This document shows positions 1 through 8,678 of a stretch of DNA of 64,000 bases, one piece after another. The DNA is taken from the NCBI GenBank assembly GCA_964360785.1, contig CAYHXX010000004.1, forward strand, positions 5,568 to 69,567, in the 5' to 3' direction. A program made the translations under genes and the position numbers. Position 1 is the first letter of the stretch; the number at the start of each line of letters is the position of its first letter. Below the pieces are notes generated by a model. It was not told where the DNA came from, did no database searches, and worked only from the letters and a program-made list of their open reading frames with translations. Source of the stretch: an uncultured Gammaproteobacteria bacterium. Its GTDB lineage: Bacteria > Patescibacteriota > Microgenomatia > Woykebacterales > RBG-16-39-9b.

Positions 1-3
1 CAC

Positions 4-468
4 GTGCTATTTGTCGCAATAATTGTGACAATTACCTTATTCTGCTTTTTCGCCTTTAGTTTCTGGGCGGTTTATATTTTTTCGAAGAGTACAAGTATAG
101 TTTTTTTAATTATCCCAATTATCCTTTTACTATTGTTCTTAGCTGCTTTACCGGAACTTTTCAAAAGTTTCGGCTCAGCTCCAGAAAATGCCGAGATCTA
201 TATCACTGACAAAGGAGTATATCGTCGGCGGTCTCAAAAAGAGGAATATCAGTTTATCTCTTGGGCTCAAATGAGTAGCTACGATATGTGCTATCTTGCC
301 TCGACTAGCCCGCTGGGAAAACTTTTTCCCCGATCAACGCAATTTATTCTCAAATCAAAATATGAAGAAGACAACTTTGTCGTTGATGCTTTTGGGGAAG
401 ATGTTGATATTCTCCGAACCCATCTCAAAGAAAACAACGTTCCGTTTGGGTTTATGAAAACCTCCTAA
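4..468 (+). CDS. hypothetical membrane protein, possibly 5' partial (frame open to window start)
   Basis: N-terminal hydrophobic segments; low-GC native composition; frame is open upstream to position 1. Confidence 0.35.
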   Translation: MLFVAIIVTITLFCFFAFSFWAVYIFSKSTSIVFLIIPIILLLLFLAALPELFKSFGSAPENAEIYITDKGVYRRRSQKEEYQFISWAQMSSYDMCYLASTSPLGKLFPRSTQFILKSKYEEDNFVVDAFGEDVDILRTHLKENNVPFGFMKTS

Positions 469-481
469 ACTATCCTATAGA

Positions 482-510
482 CTTGACAACTTAATTCTAA
501 CCTGTTAAAA
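482..510 (+). promoter_or_regulatory. sigma70-like promoter TTGACA-17-TAAAAT driving the GC-rich unit 525-1170
   Basis: ttgaca at 482-487, 17-nt spacer, taaaat. Confidence 0.45.
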
Positions 511-1138
511 TTCTGCCGCTTCACTCAACAAAGTGTAGCTAGGTGTTCCAAAATTCCTAAACCTACTGTCCCTCAGGTTGCGGATGATGGAGTGCTGAAA
601 CAGCTTTGGTGATTGGCCGTTTATTTGATTTGGCCAAAATGCCAGAAAAGGTCAGACCCCGCTCTCCAACGTGAGGAGAGGGTAGACCACAGGAGGGACA
701 TCATGGTTACGGTACTGCTGTACCTTGCCATTGTCACCGGAGACCTGGGTTACGTGGAGGATGCTGTGCGACACGCTGTGTCGTGCGACGCTTGCCTTCC
801 GGAGCTCATGGTTTTCATCTTCGGCTTCTAAAGCCGGAGTGTGACACCGAGCCGCGGTAAAACAAGTTCTTCCTGCAAAACTCGTCTTGACGAGTAGCTA
901 TAGGAAGTGTCTTGGATCGGCTTGGGAACAGAAGGTGTAGGAAGTCGAGTCCGAAAGGGCGCTAGGCTTCTCAAACCAATCACCCGGAGGAACGCCAACC
1001 TCCGAAATGTCCAGATGTCCGCAAGGCAACCTGGGCAAAAAACTAAACGTGCGGTTTGGGCTCTGCTTGACGATGCGTATGCAAAGTCAGCCCACCCAAC
1101 CAAAGAAGGCCAAATCAATTGGCCTGCTTTGGAGGAGT

Positions 1139-1170
1139 AACGACCTTGAAAGAGGTCGTTTTTCTTTTTC
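1139..1170 (+). terminator. intrinsic terminator (aacgacc-loop-ggtcg + T-run), member of a repeated terminator module
   Basis: gtaacgaccttgaaagaggtcgtttttctttttc; near-identical to 10761-10792 and 43605-43634. Confidence 0.6.
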
Positions 1171-1213
1171 TAACTCTTGACGGATATCTACGATTCCCTA
1201 TAATTTTTGAGAG

Positions 1214-2299
1214 ATGAATAAAGATCTGCCTTTTTACGTTGCTTTGTCACAGGCGCCTGGTATTGGTCAAAAACGATTTAAAGTTTTAACTGAAAATTTT
1301 AAGTCAGCTCGCGAAGTTTGGAATTCTCCTGACAAATTATTAAGACAAATTCTTGACCCAGCAGTTTTCGAGAAGTTCAGCAAATTTCGTCAAAGTGTTG
1401 ATCCGGAAAAACTTCTCTCCGAGATTTTAAAAAAAGATATTAAAATTGTTGCCTTTTTTGAAAAAGATTATCCGGAGAAATTAAAAGAGATTTTTGACCC
1501 ACCTCCTGTTCTTTATATTAAAGGTGAATTAAAACCAGAGGATAATCTGGCATTGGCGGTGGTTGGTACGCGAAGAATTACTAACTATGGTCGGGAAGTG
1601 ACAGAAAGTTTAGTTCGCCAGCTTGCTAGTTCTGGTTTGACAATTGTTTCTGGTTTGGCTCGCGGGGTTGATTCGCTGGCACATAAAACTGCCGTTGAGA
1701 ACAATTGTCGAACAATTGCAGTTTTAGGTTGTGGTGTTGACATTGTGTATCCAGCGCAGAATGTTCTGCTCGCAAAAGAAATTATTAAAAACGGTGCGCT
1801 GGTTAGCGAATATCCTCCGGGAACAGAGCCTATCCCAGGACATTTTCCCGCCCGCAATCGAATAATTTCTGGTTTGGCACTTGGAACTTTGGTTACTGAA
1901 GCTGATGAAAAATCCGGCTCTTTGATAACTGCTAGTTTGGCATTGGAGCAAAATCGTGAAGTTTTTGCTGTTCCCGGACCAATCTATTCACGACTCTCTA
2001 AAGGACCAGCGGGGTTAATTAAACAGGGCGCAAAGTTAGTCACTTCAGCTGAGGACATATTGGAGGAGCTGAATGTCAGTGATCAGAAAGCAGGTAGCAG
2101 AAAACAGGTAAAACCGACAGGGGAAAACAAAGACGAGAAGTTAATAATAAACCTCCTGGAAAATGAAAGTAAACATATCGACCAACTTTCGCGCGAAAGC
2201 AGTATTGCAACTGAAAAACTCAACGGCCTTTTGGTAACAATGGAACTTTCTGGAAAAGTAACAAACCTCGGCGGCGGCAATTATTCCCTTACTCATTAG
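1214..2299 (+). CDS. dprA: DNA processing protein DprA/Smf
   Basis: Rossmann-like Smf core: LAVVGTRRITNYG, GLARGVDSLAH, AVLGCGVDIVYP, FPARNRIISGLALG, EQNREVFAVPG. Confidence 0.9.
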   Translation: MNKDLPFYVALSQAPGIGQKRFKVLTENFKSAREVWNSPDKLLRQILDPAVFEKFSKFRQSVDPEKLLSEILKKDIKIVAFFEKDYPEKLKEIFDPPPVLYIKGELKPEDNLALAVVGTRRITNYGREVTESLVRQLASSGLTIVSGLARGVDSLAHKTAVENNCRTIAVLGCGVDIVYPAQNVLLAKEIIKNGALVSEYPPGTEPIPGHFPARNRIISGLALGTLVTEADEKSGSLITASLALEQNREVFAVPGPIYSRLSKGPAGLIKQGAKLVTSAEDILEELNVSDQKAGSRKQVKPTGENKDEKLIINLLENESKHIDQLSRESSIATEKLNGLLVTMELSGKVTNLGGGNYSLTH

Positions 2300-2338
2300 A
2301 AAAACCTCGATCTTTTTGGTATACTTCTGCACTGTTAA

Positions 2339-2680
2339 GTGAAGGAGGGAGCCATGTGTTACCAGATCCGTTACGGACAGAGATCCAGAGGTATCTTGAC
2401 GACGAGTGGTTTCGACATATACTCAGCCGACGGGTACCGTCTGTTTGAGATTTTCTGGACACGTCCGGACTTTTCCCGATATCTTGTTATTCGACTAGTG
2501 AGTAGATGGGCACGACAGCATCTGATGACACCCAGACCACTTGAGAGTGACAAAGGACTTTGCTTGGAGATGTACCCGGGCACTATTGATATTGATCAGG
2601 TGCTTAGGGACATAGCCAAACTACTCGATACGGTCTCGGAGCTCATGCGGGTTACCAAGGGAAGGATAGTGTTGTCGTGA
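2339..2680 (+). CDS. hypothetical protein, GC-rich cassette gene 1
   Basis: strong SD gaaggaggga before ATG; GC-rich; ATGA overlap with the next ORF. Confidence 0.35.
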   Translation: MKEGAMCYQIRYGQRSRGILTTSGFDIYSADGYRLFEIFWTRPDFSRYLVIRLVSRWARQHLMTPRPLESDKGLCLEMYPGTIDIDQVLRDIAKLLDTVSELMRVTKGRIVLS

Positions 2681-2898
2681 TCTCCGCAAGTGCCCGCGAG
2701 AGACTCAAGAAGGAAGTAGCAGATATACTCAGAAAGTATTCGCACGCAGACATCCATCTACTTATCGAGTCTGTAGATGAGGCGTTGGCAGAGGAGTGTG
2801 GTCCTAAGTTGGATCAGGAAATATTTGCAATACTGGAAGAGCTCGTACTTGAAGAGCGGATCGAGCTTGCCAAAAGTAAAATAATATGGAGAGAGTAG
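2677..2898 (+). CDS. hypothetical acidic helical protein, GC-rich cassette gene 2
   Basis: overlapping start/stop with the upstream ORF; followed by terminator hairpin at about 2903-2942. Confidence 0.35.
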   Translation: MISASARERLKKEVADILRKYSHADIHLLIESVDEALAEECGPKLDQEIFAILEELVLEERIELAKSKIIWRE

Positions 2899-2997
2899 CA
2901 GCGAAGCACCAATCGAGATTCGAAAGGTGCTTTCTCTTTTTTGGAGTAATCGCAACTTTTTACAAGCTCTAAAAAAGATATGGTATATTAAGAAAGT

Positions 2998-4971
2998 ATG
3001 TCGAAACCTTTAATCATTGTGGAATCACCCACCAAAGCACGCACCTTAGCGCGTTTTTTGGGGGATGGTTTTCATATCGAAGCTTCGATGGGACACGTCC
3101 GAGATCTCCCCAAAGCCAAGCTTGGTGTTGATGTGGACAAAGACTTTGAACCACAATATGTTATTCCCAAAGATAAGCGCAAGACAGTCGAAAAGCTCAA
3201 GGAAATTAGCAAGACTGCCAAGGAAGTGATTCTCGCCACCGACCCTGACCGTGAAGGTGAGGCGATTGCTTGGCATATTAGTTTTTTAACAACTTCGAAC
3301 AAGGCTGATGCCGCAAAGCTCAAAAGAATTGTCTTTCATGAAATTACCAAGGAGGCGATAGAGGAGGCACTGGAAAAGCCAAGAACGTTAGATATCCAGC
3401 TTGTCGATGCCCAACAAGCCCGAAGAATCTTGGATAGATTGGTTGGTTACAAACTTTCTCCGCTACTTTGGTTTAAGGTAAAAAAGGGTCTATCAGCTGG
3501 TCGGGTGCAGTCAATTGCCGTACGTTTGATTGTTGAGCGTGAACGTGAGATCGAAGCCTTCAACCCAGATGAATACTGGTCTATCGATACTCTTCTGTCC
3601 AAAGCAAAGGACAAATTCAGTGCTTCTTTAGTTGAAAAGGAAGATAAGAAGATCGATCTCAAGAATGAAAAGGATAGCAAACCAATAGTTACTGACTTGG
3701 AAAAAGCCAATTATTCAATCAAGAATGTTAACCAACGCGAGTCCAAGAAAAGTCCTTACCCACCATTTACAACTTCAACCTTGACTCAAGCAGCAGCCAA
3801 TCGGTTCGGTTACACAGCCAAAAAAACAATGAAATTGGCACAAGATTTGTATGAGGAGGGGTTTATTACTTATCATCGTACGGATTCGGTCAATCTTTCC
3901 CAGTCGATTTTAACTGCCGCCAAGAAGTATATTGAAACAAGTCTTGGCAAAGAATATTTACCACTTGGGGGATCGCGTGTTTACAAAACCAAATCCAAAG
4001 TTGCCCAAGAAGCTCACGAAGCGATCCGCCCAACAAAACTAGAAGTCGATAAAGACAAAGTAGACCAGAGTGCCGACCACAAAAAACTCTACAAACTCAT
4101 CTGGGATCGGTTTATTGCCTCGCAACTCTCTGATGCGATTTACGATCACGTAACTTTGGATATCTCTGCTGACAAATATATGTTGCGGGCAAGTGGCTCG
4201 ATCATCAAGTTTGCTGGTTGGCTCAAAGTTTATGGTCGTGAGGAAGGTGATCAGATCGAGGAAAAGAAAGTCCCGCTTTTGCAGGTTGGGGACGATCTGA
4301 AACTGGAGGAGCTCTTGCCGGAGCAGCATTTTACCCAACCACCACCGCGTTATACAGAAGCGTCGTTGGTCAAGGCAATGGAGGAAAAAGGAATTGGCCG
4401 CCCATCGACCTATGCGCCGATTATTTCAACCATTCTGGACCGCAACTATGTAGAGCGAGAAGAACGAAAGTTCAAACCAACACCACTGGGTGTGGCAACC
4501 AACGACTTTCTCGTTAAAGGTTTCCCAAAACTGATCGATGCCGCTTTTACTGCCAAGATGGAGGGCTCTCTCGATAGTATCGCCAACGGTGAGGTGAAGT
4601 GGGTGCCGGTTATAAGAGAGTTTTTTGTCCCATTCCAGAAAGATCTTGATGAAGCCTACAAAAATGATCGGGTAAAAGTCGAAGCCGAACTTACTGATGA
4701 GCTTTGCCCAGAAGGCCATCGGCTTGTGATTCGTTATGGTAAGTTTGGAAAGTTCCTTGCCTGTGAAAAATTCCCAGATCACAAATTTACCAAGAATTTT
4801 GAAGAAAAGGTCGAAGCAGTTTGCCCAGATAGCGGTGATCCCGTCGTCGTTCGCCGGACGAGAAAAGGAAGACCGTTTTTCGGATGTAGTGCTTATCCAA
4901 AATGTAAGTGGATGAGTTGGAAAAATCCCGCTCTTGAGAACCAACCCTCAGCCCCAATTGCCGAAGCCTAG
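2998..4971 (+). CDS. topA: DNA topoisomerase I
   Basis: TOPRIM N-terminus MSKPLIIVESPTKARTLARFLG, active-site region, C-terminal Zn-ribbon CPEGH...C. Confidence 0.95.
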   Translation: MSKPLIIVESPTKARTLARFLGDGFHIEASMGHVRDLPKAKLGVDVDKDFEPQYVIPKDKRKTVEKLKEISKTAKEVILATDPDREGEAIAWHISFLTTSNKADAAKLKRIVFHEITKEAIEEALEKPRTLDIQLVDAQQARRILDRLVGYKLSPLLWFKVKKGLSAGRVQSIAVRLIVEREREIEAFNPDEYWSIDTLLSKAKDKFSASLVEKEDKKIDLKNEKDSKPIVTDLEKANYSIKNVNQRESKKSPYPPFTTSTLTQAAANRFGYTAKKTMKLAQDLYEEGFITYHRTDSVNLSQSILTAAKKYIETSLGKEYLPLGGSRVYKTKSKVAQEAHEAIRPTKLEVDKDKVDQSADHKKLYKLIWDRFIASQLSDAIYDHVTLDISADKYMLRASGSIIKFAGWLKVYGREEGDQIEEKKVPLLQVGDDLKLEELLPEQHFTQPPPRYTEASLVKAMEEKGIGRPSTYAPIISTILDRNYVEREERKFKPTPLGVATNDFLVKGFPKLIDAAFTAKMEGSLDSIANGEVKWVPVIREFFVPFQKDLDEAYKNDRVKVEAELTDELCPEGHRLVIRYGKFGKFLACEKFPDHKFTKNFEEKVEAVCPDSGDPVVVRRTRKGRPFFGCSAYPKCKWMSWKNPALENQPSAPIAEA

Positions 4972-5092
4972 ATTCCTAGATAAGTAGTTAATTGTATTTG
5001 ACAATTGTCTGCAATTGCGAAATGCGTCCTTGTTTCCAAAATAAGTTTAAGAAGCGCAACAATTTTAAGAAGTATGAATAAGGTACTAGTGT

Positions 5093-5131
5093 CCCATAGC
5101 ATTTGACTTTTGAACCTAAATATGCTATTAT
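5093..5131 (+). promoter_or_regulatory. promoter module cccatag-N-TTGACT-17-TATTAT, near-identical copy at 43213-43251
   Basis: cccatagcatttgacttttgaacctaaatatgctattat matches cccatagtacttgacttttgaagctaaatatactataat at about 35/39. Confidence 0.55.
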
Positions 5132-5198
5132 ATACACATAAGCTAAAAACTTATCTCGGCAGAACAAGTGTTCTCTCGAGTAGCACACTGGAGGAGAA

Positions 5199-5501
5199 AT
5201 GTCGGGCACGATTTGGGGGCTCTACGGTCTCGGATTCTTCACCGGAATCTTCGTGGTGGTCTTCAACAAGGACCAGCACGGGTGGCTCTGGAAGTTCAGC
5301 TGCATCTTTCTGGTCGGGTGGATCCCAGAGCGGATCTACACCTGGGGGCGGGCATTGTTCGGGCGGAAGCATACCATGTCGATCATGGGCTTCCTAACCC
5401 TTACCTTCCTGCTCATCTTCTTCTTCCCGGTCAGCATCCTGGTCTACTGGATGGCTAACCGGGGGAGGAGAACGGCAACGACGGGACCAGGCACGCCGTA
5501 G
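5199..5501 (+). CDS. small membrane protein (about 3 TM), GC-rich island
   Basis: SD ggaggag 2 nt before ATG; hydrophobic segments; high GC3. Confidence 0.45.
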   Translation: MSGTIWGLYGLGFFTGIFVVVFNKDQHGWLWKFSCIFLVGWIPERIYTWGRALFGRKHTMSIMGFLTLTFLLIFFFPVSILVYWMANRGRRTATTGPGTP

Positions 5502-5698
5502 GCACAACTCCAGGTGCGGGGCGGTCGGAAGTAGTTTCATGCGCAAGCACGAAACCTACCCGACCACCCTAATCCTAACTTTTAGTTTGCGAATTAGTTT
5601 CAATCCGCCAGCCGGCGGAGAAGCTAGCTCGGAAGCTAAAACTTCTTTCCGATAGAACAAGTTCATCGGAATATCACGGGGGATAGAAAGGAAAGACA

Positions 5699-5881
5699 AT
5701 GAGGTATTTGTTTTGGGCCGTGGGTTACGGACTGATCATTGGGGTCGTAATGACCGTCATGTTCGTCCATGAGCACATGGGCTCTACTACCGAAGGTCTG
5801 GAATGGTTCGTCATGATGACAGTGAACGGATCGTTCTTCTTCGGCGTACCCTTTGCCCTGCTGACGGTTCGGGAGGGGTAG
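5699..5881 (+). CDS. small membrane protein (2 TM), GC-rich island
   Basis: SD aaggaaag before ATG; two hydrophobic helices. Confidence 0.35.
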   Translation: MRYLFWAVGYGLIIGVVMTVMFVHEHMGSTTEGLEWFVMMTVNGSFFFGVPFALLTVREG

Positions 5882-6070
5882 CTGAATCATAGTTTCGGGC
5901 ACAAGAGTCACCTCTGCAACGGAATAATTGGTGGGTGCCTATTCCAAAGCGAGTAATCGCTGAGGAAGAAAGCACCCGCCCAACAACCAACTCTTCGACA
6001 GATAGGCACAATGGTGCTATACTTTATGGCTATCTGCGGGGGAGTTGAATGGAGTCAAGGAGAGAATCGC

Positions 6071-6562
6071 ATGGATTGCACATTTACACGGGTCATGTTT
6101 GGTCTTCTCGTCGTCATTCTGGTCGGGAACGCGATCACCCTGAAGAACGTTAGCCGCTCGGTGGCGCCGCGCACAGACGAGGAGAAGCGGGAAGCTATCG
6201 AGAGGACCGTGAGTAACCCGGCCGTGAATGGTGTCTATGATCCTGACGTCGTCGTGTACGCCACGACGCAGCTTCAAGGGATCTACGGGGACATGGTCAA
6301 CTATCCGGATCGACCGGTTCCGGTCGATGAAGTTCTACTCTACCTGACCTACCTCGCTGAGGGGTCGATGAGTAGACCAGACGCAATCGACTTCTGTAGC
6401 CGTGTACGTCCGCTCTGGAGTGCGTCGCACAGAATTGGCGATTTGCTTTTTGGAAAAGAGGCAACTCAGAATCAGCAAGACCTGTTCAGTAGAATTGACA
6501 ACGCCGTCGGTCAGAAAGACAAAGATGGTGCTTGTCAGTCTACACAGGAGGTGAGCACGTGA
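6071..6562 (+). CDS. hypothetical TM-anchored protein, GC-rich island (ORF track 6011..6562; ATG at 6071 preferred)
   Basis: SD aaggagag 6 nt before atggattgc; N-terminal TM then soluble domain; terminator hairpin at 6593-6637. Confidence 0.4.
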   Translation: MDCTFTRVMFGLLVVILVGNAITLKNVSRSVAPRTDEEKREAIERTVSNPAVNGVYDPDVVVYATTQLQGIYGDMVNYPDRPVPVDEVLLYLTYLAEGSMSRPDAIDFCSRVRPLWSASHRIGDLLFGKEATQNQQDLFSRIDNAVGQKDKDGACQSTQEVST

Positions 6563-6660
6563 ACAACGTTCCCACCGCAACAGGCACTTCGTGGATGAAT
6601 CCCCCCGGATCCACGAAGTGCCGTAAGTTTTTTCCAAATATTGAAATTAAAATCGAATAG

Positions 6661-7095
6661 TTAGTTGGAAGTATTGACGTTGACGTCGATATCGTTCTTG
6701 ATTGAGGTTTTACTTGAGCTGTTTGTTGTGGTTGAGCTAGAAGAGTTGTCACATTCAACCTTCACATTTATGTCCCCGCTACTTTTTTCATTCACATTCA
6801 CTTGATCTGCTGGAACGATTGTAACCACACCGTTGCGAGTCACTTTACAAGTTCCACTTGTGCTTTGGTTGGTTTGTTCTGACTTTACTTGATTGTTTAC
6901 CTCAACGTTTGTGGAGTTGTTACCATTTTCAACATTGACGTTACCAGTAGAGCTGTCTTCAACTTTTGTTCTTTCGACTGCTGGTTTGGTCACGGAGTCA
7001 TTTTTTATAAGATAATTGGAAAACACTGCGGTGAAGAAAATAGCAAGCAAAAACACCATACTTAGCGAAAATTTATGAGTCTTGAGAGTTTGCAT
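6661..7095 (-). CDS. secreted/anchored low-complexity N/S/T/V-rich protein
   Basis: start MQTLKTHKF with signal-like h-region MVFLLAIFFTAVF; NVNV/NSS-rich body; upstream part of the 6661..7401 ORF lacks support. Confidence 0.4.
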   Translation of the reverse strand: MQTLKTHKFSLSMVFLLAIFFTAVFSNYLIKNDSVTKPAVERTKVEDSSTGNVNVENGNNSTNVEVNNQVKSEQTNQSTSGTCKVTRNGVVTIVPADQVNVNEKSSGDINVKVECDNSSSSTTTNSSSKTSIKNDIDVNVNTSN

Positions 7096-7224
7096 TTCAA
7101 GAGGATTATGCCACTCAATAATAATTAAGTAAACAAGTAAGCACTGCGTTGACTTTACTAAAGTTTGATTTGTCGCTATAATCTCGATCGGTGTACGGGA
7201 GGAGTAGACAAAGGAGGCCCCGCC

Positions 7225-7443
7225 ATGGTCAAAGCAAACCAAGAAAAAATCCGGAAGTTGCGGATTGCGGTCCGGTACTTGCTCGAAAAAGGACAAATTG
7301 ACCCGAATATCGGGGGTAGCAGAGGTGCTCAGGTAAAGTTGGCAGAGCACTTCAAGGTTAGCCGTCAGCGTGTGCATCAGATTGTTGTGGAGGAGAGACA
7401 AAAGAAAGCTACGACAAAATCTCCTATATCACAGGCTAGCTAA
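7225..7443 (+). CDS. small HTH DNA-binding protein
   Basis: SD aaaggagg 7 nt before ATG at 7225; helix-turn-helix LAEHFKVSRQRVHQIV. Confidence 0.4.
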   Translation: MVKANQEKIRKLRIAVRYLLEKGQIDPNIGGSRGAQVKLAEHFKVSRQRVHQIVVEERQKKATTKSPISQAS

Positions 7444-7564
7444 CCACTAGCCTTCTTCTTCTGACTACTTTTGACCCACTTTCAATTTTAAAATTCAGCT
7501 GCTATATTGTTAGGGCAAGGAGATCCCGTCCGCTGGTTGGCGGATCTAGGAGTCGTCCAAAGTT

Positions 7565-8197
7565 ATGATTCTTTCCGACCGTGACATCAAGAGAGCAATA
7601 AGCTCTGGCAAAATCTCTATAGATCCTAGCCCAAACTTTGAAAGCCAGCTTGGTAGCTGTTCAATTGATTTTCATCTTGGAAATACTTTCAAAATTTTCA
7701 ACCATTCCAAATACCCATACATCGATCCGCGCAGCCCTAATCTCACGAGTGAATTGATGAAGGATATTGTGGTTCCCGGAGATGAGCCGTTTATCATGCG
7801 GCCAGGAGAATTTTGTTTGGCGACAACAGTTGAGAACCTGAAACTCGCCGATGATCTTTTGGGAAGACTTGAGGGCCGCAGTTCTTTGGGAAGAATCGGA
7901 ATTATCGTCCACTCAACTGCTGCTCGTTTTGATCCAGGTTGGGATGGTACGCCAGTATTGGAGCTAGGAAATATTGGGGTTTTACCAGTAGCACTTTACC
8001 CAAAGATGAAGATTTGTAGTTTTACCTTCGAACAACTTTCAAGCCCATCAGAGAATCCTTATGCGAAACGAAAGAACGCAAAATATACAAACCAAAAGAG
8101 CCCAGTAGCTAGTCGGATCTCCGAAGAAATGAGTACAACTGAGGCTCGTTATGTGCGGCATGGAAAAAAGTCTGTGAGGGTCGATGGTCTTAAGTAA
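7565..8197 (+). CDS. dcd: dCTP deaminase (Dcd/dUTPase superfamily, long form)
   Basis: MILSDRDIKRAI...IDPSP, RSSLGRIGIIVHSTAARFDPGWDGTPVLELGNIG, ICSFTFEQLSSP. Confidence 0.85.
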   Translation: MILSDRDIKRAISSGKISIDPSPNFESQLGSCSIDFHLGNTFKIFNHSKYPYIDPRSPNLTSELMKDIVVPGDEPFIMRPGEFCLATTVENLKLADDLLGRLEGRSSLGRIGIIVHSTAARFDPGWDGTPVLELGNIGVLPVALYPKMKICSFTFEQLSSPSENPYAKRKNAKYTNQKSPVASRISEEMSTTEARYVRHGKKSVRVDGLK

Positions 8198-8678
8198 CAC
8201 AACAATCAAGAAATTAATTCAAGAAAAGAAGATCAAGATAAATCCGTTTTCCAATGAATCTGTGGGGGCTGTTTCCATTGATCTTCATCTCGATGAAACC
8301 GCGCTCAATCCAGATACTCGTGTGGAAACAGATCTGAAAGATTTTCATCTCACACCAGATGAGTTTTATCTTGCCGCAACAGCGGAGTTTGTCGAACTTC
8401 CGAGCAATATTGTGGCCCGTGTTGTTCCAAGATCTTCGCTTGCCCGACTTGGAGTTTTGGCGACTTTTGATGCTGATATCTTGCCGCCAAATTATGCTGG
8501 AAAACCATTGTTGACTCTAAAAAATCTCTCGCGCAAACCAGTATTACTTAAACCCGGACTTGCGGTCGCGCAGATTATGTTTGAACAAGTTGATCAAGAG
8601 GTTGAAGGGTACAAAAGCCGTTACAACCATAAAAAGATCGAGGAAAGTAAACTTTGTGAGGAAATAGATGGCAAATAG
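8184..8678 (+). CDS. second Dcd/dUTPase-superfamily protein, short form, possibly a dUTPase
   Basis: MVLSNTTIKKLI..INP, RSSLARLGVLATFDADILPPNYAGKPLLTLKN; 14-nt overlap with the upstream dcd. Confidence 0.65.
   Translation: MVLSNTTIKKLIQEKKIKINPFSNESVGAVSIDLHLDETALNPDTRVETDLKDFHLTPDEFYLAATAEFVELPSNIVARVVPRSSLARLGVLATFDADILPPNYAGKPLLTLKNLSRKPVLLKPGLAVAQIMFEQVDQEVEGYKSRYNHKKIEESKLCEEIDGK

Noticed and set aside
525-1140. RNase P RNA or tmRNA in the first GC-rich unit
   Set aside because: I looked on both strands for the bacterial RNase P P4 motifs (GGAAAGUCCGG / ACAGAAnCCGGCUUA) and for tmRNA termini (GGGG..UCCACCA, a T-loop GGUUCGAAUCC) and found none. Only generic GC-rich hairpins are present, so the region is kept as an unassigned candidate ncRNA.
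1585-4944. Antisense or embedded ORFs inside dprA and topA (e.g. 1585..1857-, 3046..3276-, 4426..4944-)
   Set aside because: These are shadow ORFs on the opposite strand of well-supported genes. They lack RBS, and their composition mirrors the coding strand.
5110-5458. Alternative overlapping frames in the 5.1-5.5 kb GC-rich island (5110..5397+, 5151..5372-, 5168..5458+)
   Set aside because: High GC creates long spurious ORFs in all frames. Only 5199..5501 has a proper SD (ggaggag-2nt-ATG) and membrane-protein character.
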